From Octopus vulgaris (Eukaryota): a DNA stretch of 64,000 nt. The stretch lies in contig OX597832.1 of NCBI GenBank assembly GCA_951406725.2, positions 5,084,001 through 5,148,000 on the forward strand, read 5' to 3'. Below are positions 27,746 to 40,559 of the stretch, piece by piece (position 1 is the stretch's first letter; every line of letters starts with the position of its first letter). The position numbers and the translations under genes were made by a program. The notes beneath the pieces were generated by a model that did not search any database, was not told the origin of the DNA, and worked only from the letters and a program-made list of their open reading frames with translations.

Positions 27746-27776
<31 letters not shown>

Positions 27777-28307
27777 CATCGTTATCATTGTCTTCACCAT
27801 TTACATCAATTTTCCATACTGGTACAGACTGGATGGGTCATCTTAGAGTCAGTTCTTATTCAGAGTTTCTGAACTCTGAGATGGAACAAAGGACTACGTT
27901 TTGCTTGTATTTTTAGAGCATACTGGGTGATTCTCTTTTTGGCACCATCACCAGTATTAGCAAGGCTCTCTTGTACCTTCTAAGACTAAAGAATTTCCAC
28001 TGCTTCATGATATTCTTGTTCACTCAAGCCATAGAGAATGGGGAATAGTGGAGAGATTTGTGGAAGAAGGCAAGAGTGCAATGATGAAAACGGTGAGGTG
28101 AGAGGATAGTAGAAGAGGGCATGTACACTATTACACTATAGTATTGTATAGTGAATATATAAGAGAGGGAAGGAGAGAGAGAGGATGTCAAGTGGTGGGT
28201 TAGGCAGCAGATGGAGGCATAGCTGGTATTATTGGGCTTGAGATTCAAAGGTAAATGCCTTCATTATCATTCCTGCCTTCATTACCATTACCAGTTTTTA
28301 ATGTTTA

Positions 28308-28817
28308 CTGTAAATCCTCGAGTATAGTCCGCTCATGAGTATAATACGAAGGGGATTTTTAGGAGGCTGTGCCTCTGAAAAACCTAAACCTTGTGTATAA
28401 TATGCACCCCTTCTCTAACTTGAGTCAAGGAGGTCTATACAACGTCCTTGGTTTGTAAAAATGTATACGGTAACGTCCTTTATTATTATTGTATATATAA
28501 CATAATGCAAACGTGTAGCTTTTTTGTGCATTTTGTTTGCAGAAAATAAAGAAATAACTAATAATGTTTAATAAATGTTGCTTACTGCAAGTTATGGATG
28601 ATTCTTTTATGACTTCATTGCTTTCTGGCTTAGCTTAAGGTATTTTCGCACCCGACATTGCAAAATGCATCTGAATAAACATTACCAGACAGCAAATAGA
28701 GACTTGAACATTGCTTAGAAAATAATTTTCATTTTTAACCTCATGTATAATACACACTAGGGATTTTGACCATTAAATTTTGGGAAAAAAATGCGGATTA
28801 TTGTCAAGGATTTACGG
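28308..28817. mobile_element. Tc2/pogo-type MITE
   Basis: ta|ctgtaaatcctcgagtatagtccgc ... gcggattattgtcaaggatttacgg|ta. Confidence 0.75.
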
Positions 28818-29017
28818 TACACATTTTTGGTTTTCATCACTTAGGTGTGTGAGTCTTCCCCAAAACTATGTGTGTTGCCAATCATTTTGATCTTTTGTCA
28901 TCTTCATTACAAGTACATACACATAAGTAAGCATATAACAAAGTGGAAAAGAAATAGTACTTGAATACCGAAAGTAGAGTAATATGCTTTTATTGAAACT
29001 GAAAAAAAATCTTCACA

Positions 29018-29059
29018 AACTGTTACTCGGAGTTTCACATTATTGTTCATAGGACAGTT
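29018..29059 (-). ncRNA. Degenerate type I hammerhead motif
   Basis: AACTGT CCTATGA ACA ataa TGT GAAA CTC c GAG TA^ACAGTT. Confidence 0.6.
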
Positions 29060-29076
29060 GTGTTCTTACTAAAATA

Positions 29077-29121
<45 letters not shown>

Positions 29122-29280
29122 CCTGTTACCGACTTACAGCATAATTAACCCAGTAGTGAGATCTCAGTACCAAGGGACATAACTCTTGACTAAATCCTTT
29201 ACCCAGTTCATTTTCACAGCAACCACAAACCAGATGTGTCCTGTCTCCTCCAACAATAGAGAACAGTCACCATATTTCAT

Positions 29281-29388
29281 TCCATATCGGCTGCCTCTGA
29301 TGAGTGTAGGATTATATAATCGGATTGTTACTTAATGTTCTGTTGTAAATCAAGCAAGAAACCAATTGGTAAGATCAGCCGTGATGGA
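29281..29388 (+). ncRNA. Type I hammerhead motif with long stem II and palindromic stem III
   Basis: tccat..cggctg c CT CTGATGA [54-nt imperfect hairpin] GAAA CCAATTGG TA^AG at cagccg..atgga. Confidence 0.75.
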
Positions 29389-29433
29389 TATATAATACTG
29401 TACAATTCCGATAGTATGTACATATTATATATA

Positions 29434-29481
<48 letters not shown>

Positions 29482-29487
<6 letters not shown>

Positions 29488-29666
29488 ACAATTATTCGGT
29501 AGCCATGATAAAACTCCGAGTTTCGGATGCCGAGGTGGAAATCCATGCCGCCATCTCTTCAGTTATCCGGGGCCAATGGCCGGATAACTGAAGAGATGCC
29601 GGTGTAGATTTCCACCATGGCATCCGGAACTTGGAGTTTGATCATGGCTACCGAATAATTGACACA
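29482..29666. ncRNA. Palindrome made of two divergent hammerhead motifs
   Basis: Arms of ~82 bp around a 9-nt loop. Each arm reads GATAA CTGAAGA GATG..CATC C G(A/G)AA CTYgGAG TT^T(T/G)ATC. Confidence 0.75.
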
Positions 29667-30265
29667 TTACATTTACAGATAAATTCCTCTATTTACATAA
29701 TATCGAGGTCTCTTTCATTCTTTTGTTGTCTTACCATTTTTATCAATATATATATATATATATATATATATACTCACATACATACATATATATATATATA
29801 TATGTGTGTATATATATATATGTGTGTATATATATATACATATATATAGGCCCTGGAGTGGCTTATAGGTGTAGGAGTGGCTGTGTAGTAAGTACCTTGC
29901 GTACCAACCACATGGTTCTGGGTTCAGTCCCACTGCATGATACCTTGGGCAAGTGTCTTCTACTATAGCCTCAAGCCAGCCAAAGCCTTGTGAGTGGATT
30001 TGGTAGACAGAAACTGAAAGAAGCCTGTCGTATATATATATGTGTGTGTTTGTGTTTGTCCCCTCAACATTGCTTGACAACCGATGCAAGTGTGTTTATG
30101 TCCCCCGTAACTTAGTGTTTCTGCGAAAGAGACCATTAGAATAAGTACTGGGCTTACAAAGAATAAGTCCTGGGGATAATTTGCTCGACTAAAGGTGGTG
30201 CTCCAGCATGGTCACAATCAAATGACTGAAACAAATAAAAGAATATAGTAATATATATATATATC

Positions 30266-30305
<40 letters not shown>

Positions 30306-30329
30306 TGTATATTTATATGGATATGTATA

Positions 30330-32090
30330 CATTTAAGGCAAATAAGAAAGTTATTCGAATGTAGTTCCTCAAGTTCAGGTGTATTAAGAGTTGTGGGTGC
30401 CATGTATACATCAAATTATGTATGATTGGGATTGTAATATGTGAATGTGTGTTTAGCTGCATGTAGGCATCTAGGTAATTGTCTTTTGGCTGGTTATATG
30501 TGTTATGGTTGATGTCAAGAAGGTTATAGATAATTGTTCAATGAATTTATTTACAATGTGCTCCTTTGTTAACATTATCGAGAGTGACTCCTTGGAGCAT
30601 AACTGGCATTTCCGGGATATAGTGTTGTAGGGATTTGTGTGTCTAAGTACGGACCATGTAAGGTTGTATTTTTGTCTTTGTTTCCTTAAGCCTCCAGATA
30701 AAATTGGTCAGCGATGTTATATGTCGTTAAAGGATATTTCAAAAGCTGTCGATGTGGTTGTATTGATTTTTGAAAAAAATCGGCTGATGCCAAAATATAT
30801 ATGTAGGGTCCTTCTCTAGTGTTTATAGTGCACTTGTATACCATGTTCTTAGCCATACATTATTTATCCAAAGGACAACTGGATCTATCTTGGCATAAGC
30901 ATAACTGTTTGATTTTTTTGGCTTGAGTACATCGAGCACTGGAGGGATTGGTTCTGTTCTTTATGTTGATTGTCAATATTATCATTTTATTATCACTATT
31001 TCTATGTTTTCTCAGTTTATTATTTGAATTGTTGCTGGTGTTGTTGGGTGGTTATCATGGATATTGTAATTATTGCTCTGTTGGTTGATAGTATAATTCA
31101 AGTTATAAACATTGTCTTTAGGCTGGTCATAAATGTTATGGTTGAGGTCAAGAAAGTTATTTAGAGTGCTGACTAAACTTTGCCTCAGTTTACGGTTGTT
31201 AATCCCATGAATATGTTGCCTTAAGTTTGATGAATTTGCATAGGATAGTTTTATAGTGTGACGGTTGAATATTTTGCTGTACACTCCATTTTTAGGGAAG
31301 CAGTGATGAAGTGCAGTGAAAAATTGTTTCGCGATCTTAGATGAGATGTTGGAGCTCCAGATTGGGTTATACCAAAGGACATCATGGTTTTTATATCTTC
31401 AGTTAGGTCTGTTTGTCTGGGTGCTAGGAGCGGCAGTTGGATTTTGTGAAATTAGGTGTTTAATTTATTATCTGTTACATGTTTTCTCTAATTCATGGTT
31501 GATTCTTATGTGTTTGGGTTTGGTTAGTCTTATTTTATGGTTTGGGATTCTATTATCTAGGTTTTTGACTTTGTGTGTGTAGTTATTGTTGTGTTTGGTA
31601 AGGTTGTTATAATGAATTGTATTATTACGAGTTGAGTTATATGAGTTGTTTTTATTATTATTATTATTACTACTACTGGCTTATTAGATTTTGACTGTGT
31701 TATAGTAAGATGTTGAATACATTTTCATTTGTAGATAACATGGATATTCTAGCCGAGATGTTATTAATGATTCCCCTAACTATTGATGGTGGATGATTAG
31801 ATCCAACGTTGATGTATTTTAGGTTCTCATTAGGTTTATGAAATGGTTCGTGTAGACCAGTATCTAAATCAAAAGTAGCATCTAAAAAGTTAACTCTATG
31901 GTATTCTTTGATTATGGTGATGGAGAGTCCATTATTTTAAAACAATTAAATAGAGAGTTTTTGTACTTTTCACGCTGTACTTTGCTACATTTATGTAGAA
32001 AGAATGTGTCATCTCTGTATAGCCCTCCACTCAATCCAGGAATATATAATTGTATCTGGGATAGGATGTAAATTCCTACAAGGTCTATAT
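30330..32090 (-). mobile_element. Decayed Penelope-like element (RT C-terminus plus GIY-YIG endonuclease)
   Basis: Minus-strand motifs: GGLYRDD (~32008-32028), VNFLDATFDL (~31865-31895), VGSNHPP (~31790), LWYNP (~31365), KIFNRHTIKLSY (ORF 31012-31284) and a YIYFG/YIG-like motif (~30790). Confidence 0.88.
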
Positions 32091-32091
32091 A

Positions 32092-32149
<58 letters not shown>

Positions 32150-32154
<5 letters not shown>

Positions 32155-32676
32155 CCCACCCTCTACCTACCCACAACCCCCACTCTACCCCAACCCACAC
32201 CCCACCCGTGCTTTCCCCACTCTCGCCTCCCCCACCTCCCCACAACATCACACCACACTACACTACACCATACAACATTACACATCACATCACAACACAC
32301 CACCCACACATACATACATACACACGTCCAGACCACCAGCCCTCTTTCACACGCACATACATACTCTCTTATACACACACGCACCTTTGTGTTGGGGGCA
32401 CCTTCGTTTTGGAAGTCACTTGACCCTGTTATCTCCCCTACTATCCCTCTCGCGTCTGACCACTGTCCGAAGTCAGGACGCCATGATAGATCGTTAGCTC
32501 CTACACGCATTTTTTTTTCTCTCCTTGTTTTTTTCTGTGTATCTTTCTGTCAAAGAGCATAGGCTCGAAACGTAAAAGACTTGTTCTATTTCTATTCCTG
32601 AGCGCCATACTAATACATTTGTTTGTTTGTACTCCACCTGCCTTCGTCTTTTGTTTATTTTCGTAAACCTTCTCGT

Positions 32677-32680
<4 letters not shown>
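32150..32680 (+). mobile_element. Small non-coding repeat carrying a minimal hammerhead, probably PLE-derived
   Basis: Homologous to 27120-27745 and, in its 3' part, to 24035-24312. Motif TCTTT CTGTCAA A GAGC atag GCTC GAAACGTA AAAGA at 32542-32579; flanked by (TA)n. Confidence 0.65.
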
Positions 32681-33526
<846 letters not shown>

Positions 33527-33529
33527 CAT

Positions 33530-34030
33530 ATATATGTTTTGTCTGTCTGTGTGTCTGTCAGGTTGTACCCTCACCCTGACCACGGCTTTCAACCGATTCT
33601 GATGAAACTTGACACACACATAGCCCAATGTTATAATTCAAAACTAACGCAGCGAAAATTTTGAAAAGTTCCCCCAGTTCTGAAAAAAATCGATAAATTC
33701 GACATGAGGTCGAGAATCTAAGCTTTTTATTTGCAACACATTTTCTGTTGTAGTTTTCGCAACTTGCAATCGATTTTCACCAAACTCATGGTGAAGCTTA
33801 ATGTTACCCTAAGAAACTTAATTCTGACGTTAGTTTTCCATGCAATACCTTACCATCAGAAAAAATCGATAAAATCATGCCATTTTGGGAAATCATGTTC
33901 AAATTCAAGATGACATATTCTCGACAATATCTTTCTCAAATTGGCAGGAATTTTTTAAAAATTCACAGCGAGCATCATGTCTGCTCCAGGGGCTCTTACA
34001 TACCCGGGCAATGCCGGGCTATGCTGCTAG
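33530..34030 (+). mobile_element. Non-autonomous Helitron
   Basis: 3' hairpin cccgggcaatgccggg then CTAG|T; a gtct microsatellite near the 5' end; the 5' boundary is hidden in (TA)n. Confidence 0.72.
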
Positions 34031-34065
34031 TATGTTTATATATATATATTGTATGTATTTATATG

Positions 34066-34415
34066 TCATCATCATCATCGTTTAACGTCTGTTTTCCATG
34101 CTAGCATGGGTTGGATGGTTCAACTGGGGTCTGGAAGCCAGGAGGCTGCGCCAGGCCCAGTATGATCTGGCAGTGTTTCTACGGCTGGATGCCTTTCCTA
34201 ACGCCAACCACTCCTAGAGTGTAGTGGGTGCTTTTTATGTGCCACCTGCATAGGTGCCAGACGAGGCTGGCAAACGGCCACGGTCGGATGATGCTCTTTA
34301 CGTGCCACCGGCATGGGGGCCAGACGAGGCTGGCAACGGCCACAATCGGATGGTGCTTCTTACATTCCACTGGCACGGAGGCCAGTCGGGGCGGCGCTGG
34401 CAACGGCCATGTAGT
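34066..34415 (-). mobile_element. RTE 3' UTR fragment
   Basis: catcatcgtttaacgtctgttttccatgctagcatggg terminus plus repeat units. Related scraps lie near 7800(+), 8757, 11893, 14780(+), 21980, 36627, 40200(+), 40580(+), 44110, 54097 and 61727. Confidence 0.8.
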
Positions 34416-35466
34416 TGATATGTATATATATATATATATATCCATACATATATATCCATACATATATATACATATATATATATATATATGTGTGTGTGTG
34501 TTTTAAAATGTATGGGCTATTTACGGAGTGCTCATAGAGAGCCAATGCATAAAAATACAGAGTAGAGAAAATTAAAAACACAAATCATAGGCAGTCAAAC
34601 AGATTCCCAAATACATAAATGAAAATATTGAATCAGATTTGTAACTGTATGCTTCCAACTGGTCAAGTCTGCATATGTTGCCACACCTCTATCGTCATAG
34701 GACTTTTGAAAAGTGATGATTGTATGATGATGGTGGTTTGTCGGGTGACATCTGCACTTCATTTGATTTCAGTGACAAACACTTGTACAACACTTTTACT
34801 ACTCTTTGGGTCAAAATAGTAGCTTCCGGTGACTAGTTCTAATTTGACTGCAGATTTTATATCGGATTACCTTCTAGGCTTTTCCTCAAAAGCAGACTGC
34901 AAGTCAGCAGTGGTAAGTCAATTTGAATTCAGAGTTTTATTCTCCTATACTGGTTGTCCTAATGACAGCTTCGTTTCAAAACAGGAGCCCAGTCTTCTCC
35001 CATCAATAGTCATGGCTTTGATAGTGCAGCCAATTAAAGGACTGTCATTACTGACTTGGTTTTATGTCAGTGTCCTTCTCCTAGAAGAGTTGCCTTCACC
35101 ACGGCTGATGAGCCTCATCTACCCCCCCCACCACCACCACACAGAAAAAATATATATGTACACATAAAAAAAGACATAAAATTTGAAATTTTTACAATTG
35201 AAAAATGTTATTATTTTTAAATAAATAAATAAATTCAAAATTAATAATATAAATAAAATAAATAAAACATATAAAAAATATAAAAGATATATAAATATAT
35301 AAAAGATATATAAATATATAAAAAGATATATAAAAAATATATAAAAATATATAAAATGATATGCAAAAATATTTATATAAATATTTATAAACATATGTAC
35401 ATCTACATACACACCTATGTACATATGATGTCGGATGGCCATTGACTACGCATGAGCTCATCCGCC

Positions 35467-36561
35467 CTTCACAGTTTTCTCACAAATAATAGGAATATGT
35501 TGAGTCATTTGGATAGGAGTGTAAATGACTAATGCAGTTAAATAAGTATTATGAAAGCATGTTTGAAAAAACATGGAATTCTTCTTGGAACAACAACTCT
35601 GGTTTCAAATCAGCAATTGACTTCATGTAACATACATTTTTAGTAGGTTTGTTTGCTTTCAACTAGCCTGAACAATAAACAATACTTGTCATTGTGTCAA
35701 AGAGTGGACACTGCCTATAGCTCAAAGAGCTGTGGAGACTAAAGCAGTTAACTCTCTCCCATCTTTTAGTTTTCGGCAAGCTAAGTAATATTCGTAGCTT
35801 TGCCATATATATATACATAAATATATATATATATTCAAAATGTGACCGTGTGTGTACCGTTGGCGATTTTTTTCCTCTGTCTTCCCTTCTCTGGATCTTT
35901 CCTTCTCCTATTTTTCCGACGAAGAGCTCCACTCGAAACGTTAAACCCTCCTTCTTTCCTTCTTTCCTGAGCGTCCAATAATACTATATTTGTTCCACGT
36001 CCTAGCGTTGTTGTGTTTTTTGTCCTTTCATGTTTGGATTAACAATATATATATATATTTATATATGTGGAGGCTCAGTGGTTAGGGCAGCGGACTCGCG
36101 GTTGTAGGACTGCGGTTTCGATTCCCTGACCGGGCGTTGTGTTTATTAAGCAAAAACACCTAAAGCTCCATGAGGCTCTAGCAGAGGGTGGTGGCGATCC
36201 CTGCTCTGCTCTTTCACCATAACTTTCTCTCACTCTTTCTTCTGTTGGCCTGCTCACTTAGCCAGCAGGGTGGCATCATCTGAAGGCTAAAACAATGCGA
36301 AGCACATTTTGACCAGCAATGTGTAGCAACATCTGATAGCCTGGTCGGTCACAGTGATCACGGTGATATATATATATATATATATCATCACAGCAGAATT
36401 GATACCAGTGCTGGTGCCACATAAAAAAGTACCCAGTACATACATATATACATACATATATTTCCAATAATCTGTGAAAAAAAGATGTCTGGTCGTGGAG
36501 AAATATTACCTTGCTTGGAAAGTGGGAATCGACAACAGGAAGAGCATCCAGCTATAGAAAA

Positions 36562-36603
<42 letters not shown>

Positions 36604-36813
36604 CACACACACACACACACACACATATCATCATCATCATCATCATCATCATGATGTAACATCCGTTTTCCATGCTGGCATGGGTTGGACAGCTTGAGCT
36701 CCGTTCTGGCATGGTTTCTATGGCTGGATGCCCTTCCTCATGCCAAGCACACCACAGAGTGTACTGGATACTTTTTATGTGGCACCAGCACCAGTATCAA
36801 TTCTGCTGTGGTG

Positions 36814-36844
<31 letters not shown>

Positions 36845-37181
36845 ACAAAGTGATGAATATCACTTAGCCTACTGAAAACTAATAGGTGGGAGAGAGTTAA
36901 CTGCTTTGGTCTCCACAGTTTCTTGAGCTATAGGCAGTGTCCACTCTTTAACACAATGACAAGTATTGTTTATTGTTCAGGCTAGTTGAATGCAAACAAA
37001 CCTACTGAAAATGTATGTTACATGAAGACGATTGCTGATTTGGAACCAGAATTGTCGTTCCAAGAAGAATTCCATGTTTTTTCAAACATGTTTTCATAAT
37101 ATTTATTTAACTGCATTAGTCATTTTCACTCCTATTCAAATGACTCGACATATTCCTATTATTTGTGAGAAAACTGTGAAG
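35467..37181. repeat. Long imperfect inverted duplication
   Basis: 35467-35808 is the reverse complement of 36841-37181 (about 90% identity by eye); inner pair 36385-36440 / 36760-36815. Confidence 0.9.
35845..36045 (+). mobile_element. Second small hammerhead-bearing repeat family
   Basis: TTT CCGACGA A GAG ctcca CTC GAAACGTT AAA at 35913-35945. Other copies at 48570-48778(-) and, partial, at 9835-9945(-). Confidence 0.65.
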
Positions 37182-37966
37182 CTCATGCTAGCTTGCAGGT
37201 GAATAGGTGTCGTCTTGTCTTGGGAAGGAATGGATCTTTTTTAGGTTAATTGTGGTGTGATAAAATAATTATACATAAAAGCACAAACATTCCACACTAT
37301 TCAGGTCACTTAATCACTTCAAAAAAAATTATATAAAAGGCACAGTAAAGCAACAAACTACAGGACAGCCGACTGTTTTTGATCTACTGTATATCCTACA
37401 AACCAGTGTGTTTATGTGGGGTGTCTACACTCATACAAAGCATATATACATGCATACACACATTCAAACACATGTACATACATACATACATACATGCATG
37501 CATACATACATATATACACACACATACATATGCACATACATACATATGCACATATCTCTATCATCACTCATGTTAACATCCTGTTTTCCAATGCTTGCAT
37601 GTGTTCAATGGAGTCTATTGAGGGGGATTTTCTATGGCACAGGTGTGGCTGTATGGTAAGTAACTTGCTTACCAACCACATGCTTCCGGGTTCAGTCCCA
37701 CTGCATGGCACCTCGGGCAAGTGTCTTGTACTATAGCTTCGGGCTGACCAAAGCCCTGTGAGTAGATTTGGAAGATGGAAACTGAAAGAAGCCTGTCATA
37801 TATATATATGTATGTATGTGTGTGTTTGTGGGTCTGTGTTTATCCCCCCTCCCCCCCAACATTGCTTGACAACAGATGCTGGTGTGTTTACACCCCCGTA
37901 ATTTAGCGGTTCAGCAAAGAGACCGATAGAATAAGTACTAGGCTTACAAAGAATAAGTTCTGGAGT

Positions 37967-39463
37967 CATTGTACAAACATGAAACTCAGTCCTCTGAAAG
38001 ATCCTAGATAGGTAGGTATACAGTGAACATTTCAATTGTATTCATAAGCTACATACAAAGTTATGTTGAGTCATGTATTTTGAAGTGCTTTCATTCGTGT
38101 CACGCTTTACTGCAGGTGTACAAAAATGCCCCTGAGATGTCTGACAGCTACAGAGAAGACGTGGATTGTTGCAGGTCTTGCAGAATTCTTATCTGTGGGA
38201 GAATTAGCCCAAGAGCTTGGTTGGGATACAAAAACATTGAAGGTGTATGTGGAAAACCCCCATCACCAAACCAAGTCAAGTTAATGGTATGAAAAGAAGT
38301 GTATCCCAGTGTAACATCTGAAAAATAGGTAGACAAGTAAGAAAAGATCTTGATAGCACAAATGCTGCCATATTTGAAAGTGATCAGGTTACTCCTTTGT
38401 CTAGAAGCACCTGGTGTAGGATCCTTAAAGAGATGGCTAGAAGTGTTAAGTGCATAGCTAGACCCATCTTAAGCAAGAACCACAAAGGGAATCATATTGA
38501 TTGGGCACGGAAGTACATGAAGATCAGTTTCCAGGATGTCCTCTTTGCGGAGGAGGCCAGAGCTACTCTGGATGGTCCTGACAGATAGGCCAAAGTTTGG
38601 GTACCTCTTGGAGCCTCTCGCTCGCATCTCATTCGGCGTCAACAAGGAGGTGGTAGTGTCATGTTTTGGGCAGGAATCATAAGAAATGAACTTCTCAGGC
38701 CTTTCTCAGTACCAGAAGGTGTCAAACTCACCAGCAACTCTTACACCGCATTTCTGGAAGAGCATTTTGCAGCATGGTTAGATGATCTGCCACTCTCTCA
38801 TGGACGGCAATTGATTTTTATGCATGACAATGCTCCTTTGCTTTCAGCCAAGGCTACAATTTTGGGAATCACAGGCCAACCACTCATGACTTGGCCTCCC
38901 TATTCTCCTGACCTAAACCCTATCAAACAGCTCTGGTCGATCTTGAAGAGGAAAGTGTATGAAGGAGGTATCCAGTTTTCATCAAAGGATGCCCTGTAGG
39001 AAAAGATCAGAACAATTGTTGGTGTCATAACATCTCAAATTAGTCAGCTAACAGCTTCTGTGAGCAAAAGACTGTTTGATGTAATTTTTAAACAAGGAAG
39101 TTACATAGAAAAATAAAGTCCAGTACCAACAATTTAATTCTGTTTTTTTCATATCTTTTGCTATTATTCTTCGGTAGTGTGTTTCATTATTACAATAAAA
39201 TGGTAATATAACGAAAATACTTTGTTTCATTACCTTAAATTGACTTTTTGTATACCTGCAATAAAGTGTGACACAGCTGAAACCACATCAAAATAGATAA
39301 CTCAACATAACTTTGTATGTAGCTTATCAATACGATTGAAATGTTCACTGCATATGTAACTACATCAGATCTTTCAGTGGGCCAAGTTTCACATTTGTAC
39401 ACTGTTTAATATTCAAAATATCAACAAAAATGTGACCTGAAATAAAGTGTGATACACAGTGTG
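37967..39463 (+). mobile_element. Tc1-like element remnant with long inverted termini
   Basis: ATLDGPD, RQQGGGSVMFWAGI, MHDNAP and WPPYSPDLNPI motifs; ~37967-38130 is the reverse complement of ~39245-39410. Confidence 0.85.
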
Positions 39464-39854
39464 TATATATGTATGAATAAAGACAAATACAGATATATCA
39501 AATACCATATAACATAAAGTTCCTGATTTATTAAAATTATCTCTGTCTCTAGAGAATGTGTCATGATTACCAAATAGGAATTAAAACGAGTTCTATATGG
39601 AAAAAGAAGATAATTTCGAGAATCAAGAATTTCAGAGTTGAAATGCCATTAGGGAATAGGACAGGCTTATTGTCTGAAGATAAGAGAACTGTCATTGGCA
39701 CAAGTTTCTTCCGCAATAGGCATCATCAACACAACAATTGTCCAGCTTTATATCCTGCAACTAAGGCACTGAGACTTATTCAAAAAGAGTATATATATAT
39801 ATGTAACTCCCCAAAAATTTGTTGAGTGCTCTTCTTTTATTTGTCCACTCATTC

Positions 39855-39901
<47 letters not shown>

Positions 39902-40518
39902 TATATATTATTATATTACCAATGTTAAGAACAGAGACTACATGGAATAGAGAAGATTCTTCAGATTTGTAGACGACTAAGTAACTATAAAATGCGCTCT
40001 GTAAAATGAGTTGTGTCAGGAAGGAGATTTTGAAACAGAAACAATGCCAAAAATGGCATATAAAAGTGAAGCATAATTCTGTGATCCATCTTGGAGGCAA
40101 TAATTCTGAATAAGAACTGACTGAGACCAAAACGATCAGTGCATGTGTGTGTAGATAAGCACATATATGTGCACATATATGTATATATATATTCACAGTG
40201 CAGGTGGCACGTAAAGTGCAGGTGGCACGTAAAAAACACCCACTACACTCGCGGAGTGGTTGGCGTTAGGAAGGGCATCCAGCCGTAGAAACACTGCCAG
40301 ATCTGACTGGGCCTGACGAAGCCTTCCAGCTTCACAGACCCCAGTTGACCCGTCCAACCCATGCTAGCATGGAAAGCGGACGCTAAACGATGATGATGAT
40401 GATGATGATGAGTGGAGAAACAAAAGAAGAGCACTCAACAAATTTTTGGGGAGTTACATGTATGGATCAAAACAGTTTGATTCAAATTCATTGGTACTCT
40501 TGAGTTTCATGCATGATG

Positions 40519-40559
<41 letters not shown>

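Noticed and set aside
33599-33612. CTGATGAAAC
   Set aside because: No room for stem II; it is part of the Helitron internal motif.
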